Source of the DNA: Catajapyx aquilonaris | Taxonomy: Eukaryota | Assembly (NCBI GenBank): GCA_000934665.2 | Contig: KZ538023.1 | Span: forward strand, 1-64,000 | DNA length: 64,000 bases | Direction of reading: 5' to 3' | The notes under the pieces: model-generated | Told to the model about the DNA's origin: nothing | Seen by the model: only the letters and a program-made list of their open reading frames with translations | Databases searched by the model: none | Translations under genes and position numbers: made by a program | Shown here: positions 1 to 13,800 of the stretch, piece after piece | Layout: every line of letters starts with the position of its first letter | Position numbering within the stretch: position 1 is the first letter of the stretch

Positions 1-80
1 GTCTGGGAAACTGCGAAGAAACAGTCGCCATCTTGGCCAGAGATGTCGGCTGCAAATTTTTTTTTCTGACTCATCAACTG

Positions 81-405
81 TGGAGATTCGGGATTTGAAC
101 CCACATCTCCCGACTGAGAGTCTGATGCGTTACCACAGTGCCACGCTCTGTGGTAACGAAGTTATGGGTGTTGGAAGGGTCTAGCCTATTTACCAGGTGC
201 ACTTCAAAGAGAAATAAATGTGAAACGAGAGACCAAGTAACAGCGGGAAAGGTCCACAGCGATAAAAAGAAACGACTTCTTTCTTTCAGGATTCGATCCT
301 TCAACCTGCAGGTTACGAAGAAAGCGCCTTAGCCACTAGACCACTGCGCTCCTTCGATACTGACACTCTCTGCAGCATGTACTTATTGTAAGGAAAGGGC
401 GCCAC
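81..405 (-). mobile_element. Degenerate repeat containing two tRNA-like segments (~81-149 and ~288-350); copy 1
   Basis: Minus strand reads GTGGCACTGTGGTAACGCATCAGACTCTCAGTCGGGAGATGTGGGTTCAAATCCC and GCGCAGTGGTCTAGTGGCTAAGGCG...GGATCGAATCC, i.e. Pol III A-box/B-box-like pairs with poor stems. Segment ~155-405 is repeated at ~995-1262. Confidence 0.5.
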
Positions 406-763
406 ACAAAATACCATTAATCCCAATGTAGTGTCATTTGCCAAATAAATTCTCATAATATATCCTTGCATACTTTCTACCGGAATTTGTACAATTTGCA
501 TTTCAGTTATATTAAGTAAAAATGGCATATAAAAGAAAATAATAGATTCCCACACATGAAGAGCATCGACTCTCACACTCATCGTCAGAAACAAAACAAA
601 AAAAGAGAAGAAATTGCGCATAATTATTCACCTTATTCCGTGTGCAGTACCATCATCACAATAAGATGTTACTCTCGAACTGATACTTCAAGGGGCACTC
701 TCTCAAAAGCAACGTGCATCCATGGTACTGCACACAAACACAGCGTCGCGATTTAAAAAAAAA

Positions 764-830
764 ATGCAAATTGTGTACTGATGCATTATGTATGTACATT
801 AGTTAGTACAATGCAGTACACAATTTGCAT
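764..830. repeat. Inverted repeat, 17-bp perfect arms; looser pairing extends to ~716-862
   Basis: ATGCAAATTGTGTACTG (764-780) and its exact reverse complement CAGTACACAATTTGCAT (814-830). Confidence 0.8.
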
Positions 831-994
831 GTTTTTAGCACAACACTGTGTACCATGCATACACATTGTTTTTAGAGCACTTAAAACTTGTACCGGTAGC
901 TAAAACCCTGCTCTATTGAAAAAATTCTTGTGGATAGCTGCGAGAGACAATAATAAATTGATATGAAGAAATATGAAGAAAAAGATAGCTGCAC

Positions 995-1262
995 CGAAAT
1001 TGTGGGTGGCAAGATGGTCTAGCCTATTTACAGATGCAGTTCTAAGATAAATATACAGTGAAATGCCAGATAAAGTAACAGCGAGCAAGGGTCCACAGCG
1101 ATAAAAAGAAACAACGCGACGTCCTTTCCCATGATTCGACATCCTTCAACATTCTTGTTACAAAGAGAGCAGCTTAGCCGCTAGAAGACTATATACCAAT
1201 GTGCTTCTTTGATACTCACGCTATTTCTTACATGTATGTATCGTAAAGAAAGGGCGTCATCA
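995..1262 (-). repeat. Diverged second copy of the 155-405 repeat
   Basis: Shared blocks in the same order: GGTCTAGCCTATTTAC, AAGTAACAGCG, GGTCCACAGCGATAAAAAGAAAC, ATCCTTCAAC, CTTAGCCRCTAGA, AAAGGGCG. Confidence 0.75.
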
Positions 1263-3358
1263 CTTGCAAATGACTTGCAAGAATATTTTGACATGTTTTT
1301 CTCTGCATAAAACTCCCCTGACAGTAAAGTGTGCAGATCCAATGAAAAGAAAGAAACACTGACGATTTTTTTTGGGGGGGGGGGGGGNGGGGGGGGCGCA
1401 TTAAATAGTGTTCACCTTCAAAATATTATTGCCCTCTTAAGGATTAGTCTCCTGGCTGACACACACCTGGAATCTAAACAAGGAAGAATTTATTGAGGGA
1501 TAATTATTAAGTTTCTTTAGCTTGGTTTTGTTTTTTCCGATCCACAGATATGGGCACAACACATCACATTATATGAAAAAAGTTAATTTGCATAAAAGCA
1601 CATAGATTCTGCTATGACGGTGATGAAAGTGCTGCAATATTCCTTCCAGCATTCTTCTCTACATTTCTTGCTCCTGCTCCAGGAGGTTTATGTGAACAGG
1701 AGCTGACTGTTTGACAGACCTTTTATAAGTGTAAATAATTCTGATTCAATATTTCAGGAGAAGGGAGATCTTTGTTTATTTAACTCTTTAGTAGCAGTTT
1801 CTTCATCTCTCTAACAGCAGTCTGCTAATTCTTCACAGCTGTGGCAGAGAGAAACCAGCATTCGCAGCAGTATGGAAATCAGGATGAACACTACACAATC
1901 TGCAAGCAACAATTTTTTCTATGATGTCCACAGGGTCGACCAGAGCAAACAAAAGGCAAAGAAATAATGTTCCAACTTTATTATCACTTTTTTTTCTCTC
2001 AGCAATTTGTGCCATGTTTTTTTTTTTGTCCATAAATAAAGCAGCACGTTGTTAACAGTTGGGACTTTTTTTTTTCTCGCTCTTACTTTTTAAAAGCACA
2101 CTTGCAATGTACAATTCGAAATAATACAATTTACCATCTCTTTTCATGTGGGACAAACTAAAGAATTGGAAATGGTTCCTATCAACTAGACAAGTCAACT
2201 CTTTTTTTAAGCTACTCACTCTTTTCAACATTGGTCTGTGGACTTATCCAGTGTACATGGAAACTTGTCGTTCCGTGTGTGATTTTTATGGAGGAGTGCC
2301 ACTGGTATGTATTTTAAAGTGGAATGAATGCAGCTTGAGACATGTAAGTTATAAAATGTACATGTGTGGAAATTTTTTTGTTCCGCTTTTTTTCCCTGCG
2401 GATGATATTGAGTTTGAAAGCCGCTGGGGGATAAAATTGATATGCAGTTTAAAATCGAACTGGACTTGTGACAGGTACAGTTTACGAGACGATACATGAG
2501 ATTTGGAAGAGAAAAAAAAATTTGGTCATTTTTGGTTTTTATATTTTTTCAGTGGTCCCACCTCTACTCACAAAAACAGTGATAATGTATATCCATTTTT
2601 TTTAGAATCTGATAATGTCTTGTTAGCACCATTTCATGTTCTTATCTCATCTGACTTTCTTCGCATTCTATCCATCTCTACCTAACTGTCTCTATTCTCT
2701 GCCTACATACAAAAAATATATGTGTATCATACAAGATGCAAATTCGGTCCCTACCGGACACTGCAAAAAAAACAACTTGAATAGTGGGAATGTTGTGGAT
2801 ATGTCTGGAAGTAATTGCTTGAAACAGCCGTACACGTGAAAGAAAAACCCTCTACTTTAAATGACACTATTCGTGAAGCTCAAAATGACCTGCAACTGAA
2901 ATAAGCCTGGCAATGAGATACGCTTATATTCACGTTTTTGGACCTGACTTGCACTCAAGGCACTTCTGAAGACAAAAAAAAAAAAGGAGAACTTTTGAAA
3001 TCTCAGGAATGTTCGGTACACACAAAAACGGGGATGAAAACAACAGGCATTGGAAAACGCATGGAATCCCCGAGATTTCAGGCAATTGTGAGAATCACAG
3101 GATCAGGGGCAGAACTTAAAAAACTGCGGACAGACATGCACACAACAGAACTCAGCAATAAATTAAGTCCATCCTCCGTTTTTTTGTTGTTTTTTTGTTG
3201 AAAAAGTCAAAAAGTTTTCCTACGTTGCATAGAGGCCACTCTTATTTCCCCTCCTCACCGTCGTAACTTTGGCCTTAATGACAATGGCTGATTAAACATG
3301 AAAAGAAGTCTTAAAATGTATCAGATGTATGCTTCCGGAGGAGGGAATCAGCAACAAT

Positions 3359-5843
3359 TCAGACCCAAACTCCATGAGGATTCTTGCTGGTTGGAACTGC
3401 ATTTTCCAGTTGCCTTGGAGAGCCAATCATCTTCCGAGCGCTGCCAGACTTGTGTGGACCTGATTACGGGAAAGAGTACAGGGTTAGAATTACTGCAATT
3501 TAAGACGGTATCCGAGAGCGTTCACCTTCAATAAGGAACCTGAGCTCCTCGGCAGGCGCAATGCTGAGGCTTTGAAGATTGGCCTCCTTCATCTGCTGCA
3601 CCAGTTGCTCCACCTGCTCCCGCTTGTGAGCAATGGAAACTTCCAGAGCTGCCACTTCTCTGTCCAGCTTGTTCAGACCCTGGCAGGACACATCGGAGGA
3701 CCTCTTGGCCTGCTCGACCTCCCGGCCAATCTGCTCAAGTTCATTCAAGAGGTTCATCTCTCTCTGTCGCCTATCCTCCTCCTCACAGCTCAGCTGCCGC
3801 TGGTCCAGCTGGATCTCGTCCAAGAGGAGTCTGGAGGAAAAAGACCTTTTCAGATTGGTTGGCAAAGTTTCATCTGGGTTCAAGGCAAGATGGACTGGAG
3901 CTAATCCGAGGTACATAACATACGATGTTAGCTACAGTAAGTACTCACCTGATCTTATTTTTACACTGCAGCAACTCAGTTTCGCAGTTGGCCACTTTCG
4001 ACCTGAGCAGGGTGATCTCGGATTTCAGCGTCTTCTCTTGCTGCCTGGTGATGTCCTGCTCGTCCTCCAAGTGCGTCAGGACTCTCGCTCTGTCCTCCTG
4101 CTGCCGGCTGGTCAGCTCTAACTGACCCATCTCCTTCCTAATGTACTCCAGCTTCTGCTCCTGCTCGCCAGACTTGCTCTCCAAGTACATTATCTCCGCA
4201 TCGTACTGAAATGACAATCGATGAATTACATGGAATGTCCATCGCACTGAAGCTCTCACCTTGACAAGTTCTGACTGTTGCGTGCTAAGTTTGCTTTGCT
4301 GATGTTTGATCAGCTTGATAAGCTCCCTTCGTTGAGCTTCGAATTGCTGGTCGGGCGGTGGTGGGGCAGTGCTTGGTGGAGATTGGACGCTACTACTGCT
4401 GAGGGAATCTGAGTCACCACCACTACCAGCCGATCTGAATTCCTGTGAAGATAATAGCAGAATTAGTGGAATGCTTCCCGACGGCAACACAACAAGATTA
4501 CCTTAAGCAGATTTCTCCTTGGTTTTGGCGATTTACTCCACCCTTCCTGTTTTTCTCCTGAACCTCTAGCTGATGAAGAAACAGGTGATTCTTGAATATG
4601 CTGCGCACCCTGTGACGGTGTGGCTGGGAGGGCAGGGGATGACGCCGTTGAGGACGACGGTGGCGATGCACATCCTCCTGTTCTGTGCAATGGCGAGCTG
4701 GAATGGTGGGCTTGGTTTGGGGGCGGAGGAGCCCTGTATGGCGGAAGCTTCCTCTCCTTTTTGTCTGGCGTCGAAGAAGGAGGGGAGGTTGGCCTAGGGG
4801 GCTCCCTGTATGGAGGAGGGTCTCGCACACCCCTGTTGTTGTTACACCCCTGACTAGTCACTTTCACTTGGCAGTCTGTGTCCTTTTTCAAACTGGGCGA
4901 CTCTGGCTTGTCCGGTGGCCTCTGCGGCACTCCCTTTACCACCCCAACATTGTCTCGCTTCTGCTGGTAAGGAGAGTTGGAGTGATGTCCGCCGCTGAAG
5001 GTGAGAGACTTCTTCAGATCCTTTGGCTGATTGTTTGATGGGGGTTTTGTGTCCGGTACGCTGTGGGTGGAATGGTGGTTCGGGTGGAGGTCAGGGGGGC
5101 GGGTCTTCTGAAGAGGGGATTGGCCTGTGCGGCCATCCAACGGGGAGTGCTGGAGGATGAACTGGACGTCATTCGAGTACTCCCCCCATTTCATCAGCAC
5201 CTGGAATGTGCAATGTACATTAGCTGAAGAAATTCCTTGCTCTTGGTGTAATCAGACATTCCACTTGTTACAGCGCACTCAAGATAATATATCACACATA
5301 CTCGTACATTGCTTGGTGCATAAAATGTCTAGTAAAACAATCCTACATCACTCATGGATGTATCTAGTATCTTTCAGTAAGCATCATAATATAACTGCCC
5401 ATTGACAATTACAACAGCACTACAATCTTTACTTAAATTAAAAATTCAAATTATTTTAATCAAGTGCTCGTAAGATGACACCAATATTCTCCGCAGAGCT
5501 TTATCCAAATAACGCGTGTGCCCAAATGCATTGGATCAACTTGGACGATGCATGTCAAAGCAACATGAGGGACTAAATTACTGGTGTCATTACCTTGAGA
5601 GGGTTCTCATTAGGTGCCAGCAGCCTTTCATTACTTCTCCACCTCTCGATGAGGGTAAAGCGACCGGTTTTCCCCGTCGCATGAGCCAATGCATACACCA
5701 CATCCTGTGAACCAAGAGAGGGACAAGTTATAGCAATGTCGTGCCAGCCTACGAAACAGCCCGACACTAACCTGGCAGGTCGTTTTCTCTGTGACGCCAC
5801 ACACTATCCTCTGGATGCCTTCCACCCACACTTTGAGCTCCAT
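3359..5843 (-). CDS. RASSF8: Ras association domain-containing protein 8 (N-terminal RASSF7/8 family), 7 coding exons, ~575 aa
   Basis: Exons 5843-5772, 5704-5594, 5200-4502, 4442-4260, 4205-3949, 3830-3526, 3459-3359, all GT-AG and in frame. N-terminus [47 protein letters not shown] is the RASSF7/8 RA domain; coiled coils follow; C-terminus SKNPHGVWV*. Confidence 0.93.
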
Positions 5844-8800
5844 GGTCTCAACTGCACTCCTCGTACATGTCTCTCTGGCCAACGCAGAAGGCACTTGCCA
5901 CCGAGTCAGAACCATGAAACATGTCGGTGATGACAGTCAACCGGCACCTCTGCTGAGTAACAGGCAATCAGGATTCTGCCCATTAGTTCCGCCTGCAAGG
6001 GAGAAGAGAGAAAAAAAACAACTGTGTCATCTGTGCATAAGAGGGATCTGATTAAAATTTACGATTCGGACATAAATCCTTGGGTTCTCAAATGACTCCC
6101 ATCTCCTCTGTCATGAATAACTGTTCCCTCGGGGTCCATTACCCATGTCGGAGTCTCCTCGCAATGATTAAACGGCTCCTCATTAAGGAGAGGGACTCAT
6201 CGAGAGGGCAATTGCACAGCAGCCGAATAAGTGTTTCAGTCCACCTGCCTTGCGTATCTTCCGCCAACATTTTAAAATACCCTTTTTTTCGTCATACTCT
6301 CAAGATAAAAGGGTTCCAGTGTTGTGCCACTGGATATTGTTTCCCCCCAAATGAATGACTCTGGTCGACTCACCTCCTTCCCCATCGACCATTTGTCAAC
6401 TTCAGTCGACATGGGCCCTCGCTCATGTCACTTGCACAACTGCGATACTGGCATTCATCGTTGCTCCACAAGAATAATGACCTGAATTTCAGTGCCAATC
6501 CATGAGAAATGGTAAACTCATTACCCCTGTACTCTTTCAATGCTCTCTCGAAAAAATTTTTGAAACCATCCTTTCACGACATGTCCTTACCAAAAAGGCA
6601 GCCCCATGAATAATAACGCTGTCACACACCGCTACCTGAAAATGCCAAGGTGAACCAGATATTATTCCCTACCCTGCGGCGGATGCTCAATGCACTTTCA
6701 ATTCCGGCTTCCTCACAAATCTACCATATCGATCCCCCCCCCTTTCCATATCTCACCGACTTGAATAAGAATGCTCCCACAAAAAGAAACCAAATTAGGA
6801 AACTTTTCCGTCCCAGAAAATTTCAGTATGGCCAGGCAATGAAGAGGAAAAATCCATTTTGTATTCAAGCAATGTGTTTACGACTAGAACTCTCCTAGGG
6901 AATGTTATAGTTTTTTGCTATTTTCTCTCTCTTCTTTTTTTTTCCTCTCTCTCTCTCTCTCTCTCCAGGAAACATCCGCCCGCAAATTGGCCCCGTTTTC
7001 TCGTTGCAGATTCTCATCCACATTCTTAGCATCGCTGCACTGCAAAGCCAGAGCTGCATTAGTCAATTTAATTAGACTCACGACACTAATTCGGCACAGG
7101 ACAAACCCTGTAACATCCAGCTGTAATTATTTTCACGCACTTAAGCTAATATTAGCACCTAATATTTTCTTAGCCAATGAATAAGCAGATGTGCAAAAAA
7201 AAAAAATCAGGTTTTTCTTGAATTGCAACAAACAAGTCCTACCAGTTTTTTTTTACAGGACATACTGACAGACTTTTTGGCCAAATTTTTTTTGCTGGCT
7301 TCCAACATTATTAAGCAATCCCGGGGTGACACAAAGGACCTGAGATCGATCCTCTTTCTTTTTTATCCGGAAGGTTAATGTCCCAAAGTTACAACCGCCA
7401 TTTAAAAAAAAACAAAACTGCACACTGAATATTAAAAAATTGTTTCCGCATTTTCTTTTTTGAAGGTCCATTTTGGATTTCCGTCACACTTTTTCCGAGG
7501 CCTTCGCCGATTTTTTTTTTTTTATAAATTTTTAATCGGTTCGGTTTTGGCCACCCTTTTTTTTGCATCTGCGGAAAAGAGGGGTTTTAAATCCCACTGT
7601 AGCGACCCAGGGACAGACCAGAAAATATCGCTAATCCTAGAAGGATTAAGCCATCAACTGCAATGCGAATCGGCTCCGGAACATTTAGTTCCGGACACTG
7701 TCCACTTCGTGCAGGTTCTCCCTTAAAATTTTTGAACTGCGAAAAACCCTAGTTTAATCCAGCATAATTATATACAGAAAAGTTGATTTAACTAATAAAC
7801 TGTTTACAAGAAAAAAAAGAGTAAAAGTGGCCATATTCCTGCTTAATGATTACATTCTGTAGCACCCTGTACTGGTCCTAATATATTGCAGATTGCACAA
7901 TATGGAAATATCAAAATGTTATTTTACACGCAGAATAACTAATGGTTGTAGCAGCTGCCAGATTTCCCTGATTTATATGCTCGCAAAATTCAACCCTGTA
8001 ATTTCGAGGGCATTTTGCAGTGATTAATGTAAACAAGATGCCCAACTAGTGTTCTCTGCGTATTCGTGCAGGTTTTTCTCCGAGAAGTGCGCATTATCAA
8101 TGTGTTTTTGCAGAATTCGCAAAATATGGTCTCCTGGGTCATATAATTCGCAAATTTAAAAAAAACACCGCAAAATCAATGTCGGTTTTAATCGTCCACT
8201 CCCCCAGCATGTCATTCAATCCAAACAGTGTGGAGACTATGTGTCACTCATCCGTCACATTTCACGCCCGCAATAACACAAGCCTGATACCGCTGGATCA
8301 CATCCAAAAATTTGCAAATGCGCCACTGGAAAATATTTGCATAACAATAACTGCGCAAAATATATCCACGCTCCACACCAAAAATTGTTGACACCAGCAA
8401 CCAGTGGCGCCGCCGGTAAACACATTTACTCATATCCATGCTGAAAATGTGGGCATGTATTACACCCTGTACGTTAGTGGCAGAAGGAATGCCGGATGTG
8501 CCAGAGGCCTGAATAACGGAATACTGAGAGCCCACATTTGCAGTTAAGTCATTCCGTCGCATAGCAGCCGGTGGTTCAATTTTTTTTTTGGCGAAACCCA
8601 GACCTCGATACTAATGCTAATTTCCTTTTGGCGCACTTCACACTAATGCATACTTTTAAAATGATGCTAATTCTCCCCCTCTCCCTCCCCACCATAATGA
8701 TGAAAGCATGCGAAATTTTAGCAGGGATGCAAAGTAGACCAGACTTATAGCCAAGGAGGGCACCAGGAATTTCCCCAAAATTGGGTCACAAGAGGTCATC

Positions 8801-10592
8801 TGTTCAATCTGCACTGGGCGCAATTATTTCGTACACAAAAAAACTGACTAGTTCAATGTTGTCCGATATTGGTTTTTATATAAAAAAAAAAAACATTAGC
8901 CACTTTTTGCGGATTTCGAGGCGCGATAACTGGAAGGGGGTTCTTGGCTATTGATTTCCGAACTCCAGCTTGATATTTTCTGATCGCCGTTGGGCAAATA
9001 TTCGCAAAATTCATGCTCAGAGTTCCAACATAAACAAGGATATTTTAAGGAGATCACGTGCTGCTTACACCACTCATTAGTGGCTTGTTCCTAAGTCAAC
9101 ATTGACCCCAAGTAAACTGCATAAGCTTATTAAATTAATGTCTATCACATCCCAATCCCCAAGTCATACATTGCTGTTTATAACGTATACCAAGCTAGGT
9201 GCACAAACCTTGCCGAAAAATATTGGTTCCCACAAAAGCTGGAAGGCTGTTCGAGCCGCCATGAATTTTGCTCAAGTTTTTCATGCCTCTAAGGGTCTAA
9301 GCAACTTTCTTCGTTTTATACCAAGATATAAGCCTGCAAAAGCTTATAGGAAAAAAAGATACGACTATACGTAAAAAGTTGCGGATTGGACGACTATAGT
9401 TATTTGACTGGCAGTACCTGTGTAAAAATGAAGTGTACATATCAAAAATGACTTTTTCCATTATATAACACAGCAGATTCTGACACCTAGGACAGTTTCG
9501 GAGTCCCTTTTAAAAATTTTATACTGAACTGCAATGTGTCAGTCCATCTCTGGCTCTACTCACAGAGTCTGTCCCGCAAGCCGTTACATTGTACATCGTC
9601 ATCCGGAATTGTCACTGAAAATCTCTAGACTCAAATGGCAGATGCAGCCAGCAAAAGAGTTCGCCCATAAAACATTGAAAAGGAAGTCTTGACAGCATAT
9701 TCGCTGTAATGTCAGAAAAAATCTTTATTCGCCAGGCTCAAAAGCGGAAAAAAAATTGAGTCTTGACAATTTTCCAATATCTGAATATTTTTCCGGCCCG
9801 TACAGTACACAGTCGACGTAAATTCTCTGCTTAAATTGTCTATAGTTATTAGAACCTTTTTTTCCGTCTCCTAAAATAATTATCCAGCTCGTCGGACTTA
9901 TTATGTAAGCAGGGCTTAAGAACCGTGGAAAACGCGCAAGTGCAGAGAAGCGACACGAAACGAAGTCACTTTTTTTTTTCTTCCCTTAGGAGTCTCCGGG
10001 AAAACGAGGACGTAGAAGGATTACGACTCCGGACTATCAATCAAGAGCAATTTGGATGCAAAAGTTCTGGTGGGGGCTTTCGACTCTCGTTTCAAGCTTT
10101 GCAATGGCAAAACTCCACTTGGAGGAGCGCACTAACTCGTAAAAACACAGGTTGATAGAAAGGGGAACTAAGGCCGTCAGGTCTGGATTAGGAGAGCAAA
10201 AGCAAGCAAAAATCAATGTTGGGCGTGGAATGAAAATTAGGGAAGCCTCAGCCTGAGTCCAAAAAGGAAAATGGAAGGGGGGGTCCTTCTTATTGACAAA
10301 AAAAAAGGCATCCCTACAGTGCATGGTTGGACGAGTCAACATGCCCAGTTGCAAAAATCCTGGTCGCAAAATGATGTGGATTATGTGCAAGGAACTGGAG
10401 TGGATGTTGACACAAGGTAGACCCTCAGTTATTTCATTACCCCTGGTCTATATGTACTCTTCTGGGGGGGGCAGACAGCATCATGCTGAAAGCCCCAGGA
10501 GGACCATGATCTTGCTCCTGATCTGGGATTACCGGGAAGGCTTCAAGCTTACAGAGGGAAAGATTTCTGAAAATGTTCAACGTGGCAGAAAC

Positions 10593-10800
10593 AGCCAATC
10601 ATGGAGAGATGGATTGAATTAAGCCAATCAGGTACAGACTACCACCAGCCAATCAGGTGCAGGCAGGCCACCAGCCAATCATGGTGAGATGGATTGAATT
10701 AAGCCTATCAGGTGCATGCAAACTACCACCAGCCAATCATGTAAGAGTGGGCGTGCCTGCAGCCAATCCCCAGACGGCGCGCTATCTGTAGCCAATCAAG
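10593..10800 (+). repeat. Array of 8 AGCCAATC (CCAAT-box) motifs at ~25-30 bp spacing, with an internal ~80-bp duplication
   Basis: Motifs at about 10593, 10622, 10647, 10673, 10701 (AGCCTATC variant), 10731, 10761, 10790; ATGGWGAGATGGATTGAATTAAGCC occurs twice. Confidence 0.85.
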
Positions 10801-13800
10801 AGACGTGGCTGGATAAAACATAGCTGTATTATGGACTGACAGCACTTCTTTGTTCTAAAATCTCCCTTCGTGTACCTCCCTTCACGGTTTTAGTTATTAA
10901 AGTTTATTAACTACAGCGCCATGCAGCACCGGGCCATGTATATGGATTACCCGATGTAATAAGGGACGTACAGCACTGAAGAGGATAGGATGGGGGTTTA
11001 ATTTCGGGTTTACTTTGATGTCACCTCTGCTGCTGTTAGCCCACAAAATTCCTACACGAAGGGGAGGTACCTCTCCAATAGTGTATTCGGATCATTCTGC
11101 CAGTCATAACTCGCCATTTTTCATCAATAAAGCAAATGGGTGGGCTTGAACGGTCATCATAACGTAGGCCCTTAGCGACTAAAGCAGACTCTCCATATTT
11201 TCACGAGTCTTTCATAGCAGGGGGACACCCTCTTAAAAGCAAAACCATCAGCTCTATGCATTCTGTTTGAATTTAATATCCTTCCGAATTTACTGCAGGG
11301 GGCCGTATGCAAACTTCGGCCAATTTCCGCTCCTCCAGTAATAGAGCATTTCCCATACCAAAGAAGCAATATCGATTCAGCGTCAAATTCCTTCCTTCAA
11401 TAACATTTTAATTTGTGACACCCTATCTCACTGAAGCATATACTGCTTCAATAAACGGACATGTCAAATCGTCACCAGCTGTTAACATGTTAAATATTAT
11501 TGCACTACGAGTAATTTGAACCACACTTATCAAGCCCACATGCCCAAAGCCAGATTTGCAGGAAATGAAATTTTAAATCCCCCTTTAAGTGTGTCTCAAA
11601 TTGCGCATAAATCCTCGTTAATCAGGTCTTCCTCCTAGAATGTCTTTTCTGAAGGAATCTAGTTACATCCTGGAATATATGTTTCTCTGACAGCACAAGA
11701 GACAGCCTTGAATGCCCAAGATAAAATCACAAGTCACTTCCTGGCATATTGCTGTCCTGCCAGATGTAAAACTGTACTTGATACAAGTCCCAGTTAGCAA
11801 AAATGTACCCCCACTTTATGATGTTGCAAAAAAACTCTGCTGATTTCGCACACAAAAAAAACGTCTGAAGAAAATCTATTCAAATTGGTACGACTCAGCG
11901 TAAACACAAGAAACCTGTAATAGCCGTGGGGGCCTCCGTAAGCAGGTGGCACATCAATAATGGTAGCTTTGAGGCTTTAAAAAAAGTTGGGGCATCCCCC
12001 TTCCAAAAAAGCTACTGTGCAGACTACAAGTTCTACAAGGCAAGCGAAAAGCCTATCGATTATGCAACGCAGCCTTTTTTTTTTTTTTACAAACTGAAAC
12101 CATGGCCCCAGAAGCGGCGGTTAAACAACTCTCTGAAGAGTCCTTTTAAAAATGCCTGGGGCAAAGTACACCTCCAGGTTAAAGTCAGCAAGGTCTTAAC
12201 TTTCGAGCATAGCAAAACAATATACCGTTTAATTATATCGACTTCCATTAGTCTTGAGGCCAGTTCTGCAACTGTAATCAAGACTTGTAGAGAAGCCGTA
12301 CGTTAAAAAAAAAATATGGTTTAATCATGAAGTTTACCTATTACGACTGTGGTGTCGCCAGGGGAAATCTAAACCAACAAACGTATCCCACACGTACCGT
12401 TAACCCCAAGCCTCATGGGAAAACTCCTTGCATTATGAAGCGACTTCAACCATGCCCCGTTCCGACCATTCCGTGAAGAAAAACCCCCGCAGTGATTACC
12501 ACCCGAAATATTAATAACGACACTAGATTTTCCTACAAATTCCAAATAATATAACTTCCAACATCATTTTGATCAGCCCATGAAAATAACTGTAGCAGTT
12601 GGTATATACTGTAAATCAGAAAGTTTGTATGTATGTCATGGCTACCTAACCCACTTCCAGACTACTAGTACTGAAATTTGGCGGCACACTGATGTCTTAC
12701 ATGCTGCTGATTGATGTAAAAGTCAAAACGCACAAAATTTAGGGTTTATTTTGTCTTGTTTTTTTTTTTTGTTTATCATCTCAGCACCTGGCTCTTATTT
12801 GCGCTTGTTTTAAATATTGCGGTAACGCAGCGTCAGCACTTAAATAATAATACTCGCATTAATATTATCACCAGGGTCAATATTTCCCCCTAACGGTCTT
12901 CATGGTTAGGTGAGCACTGAACAGCGTACAAAAAAACACAAAAAATGATCGCATGTGGTTTCATTCCAGTCCACACGATTTGATGCGAAATGACTGGAAC
13001 ATTTTCTTTCGCCGTTAAATCGGGTGAAATAATTTAAAGCTTGCCTGGCGTCCAGTGTCATCCAGAAAGACACACACACAAAAAATGTTCGATATCGAAG
13101 AGAGAGAAAAAAATGCCAGACCGATATGCTGTAATACAATTTTTGTGAAGCCGCCATGTATCCGGATAACGCTTATTAGCAGCACGAAACGTTGGTGGGG
13201 GGTTCTATTGAAAACAATTTTTGTATCATGCTCATGTGCACGCAAAACCGCTCACAAAACCTCCTAAAAAAGAGTTTTGGAACAAAAGACCGCAAAAAAA
13301 CGACAATTCCTGTTGGAAGCAACAATGACAAATCGATCAATTTCCTATTTTTAATCCTATTTTTGGTGTCTAATTCCTGTGACTGTTTTGCCACATTTTC
13401 TGGGAAGGTAAGGACTTTGCCAAAATTTTGCCAACAGTGTTTGCCAAAATTCGCGAAAAATGGCCAGTTATCTTCTTCCATTTGGTCGCCACCAAAAAAA
13501 ACGGTCAATTAGAGACTGGAATCAGTTTTAATTGTGTTCCCAGAGTCCTCCAAAAAAAAATCTGGGGCTCCTTTCCTGCCAATTTGGTGTCCGAATCACT
13601 CCCCAATCCGGGGGACTCCGGTAGTCGCTCCGGATTTCGCACCTTTTTCCGCCTCCGCAAAACCCTACCACCCCCTTTCCAACCCCTTAATCGATCCGAA
13701 AGCTTTGCCTTAGTGCCATTTATCTCCAGCACAAGGCAGGCGTGGCAACCTGTCCACCTTGTCGAAAAAAGAGAGAAAAAAGTGACGTTTCCTCTACATT

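Noticed and set aside
1..34. Minus-strand AAGATGGCG start-like context (MATVSSQFPR...) running off the left edge
   Set aside because: Only 10 codons are visible; this cannot support a gene call.
1374..1396. Poly-G/poly-C tracts (also ~16489-16595 and ~18857-18880) as G-quadruplex elements
   Set aside because: They contain or flank N bases, so their length and sequence are unreliable.
10593..10800. Repeat-spacer pattern resembling a CRISPR array
   Set aside because: The repeat is only ~8-9 bp, spacers are partly duplicated, there are no cas genes and the context is eukaryotic.
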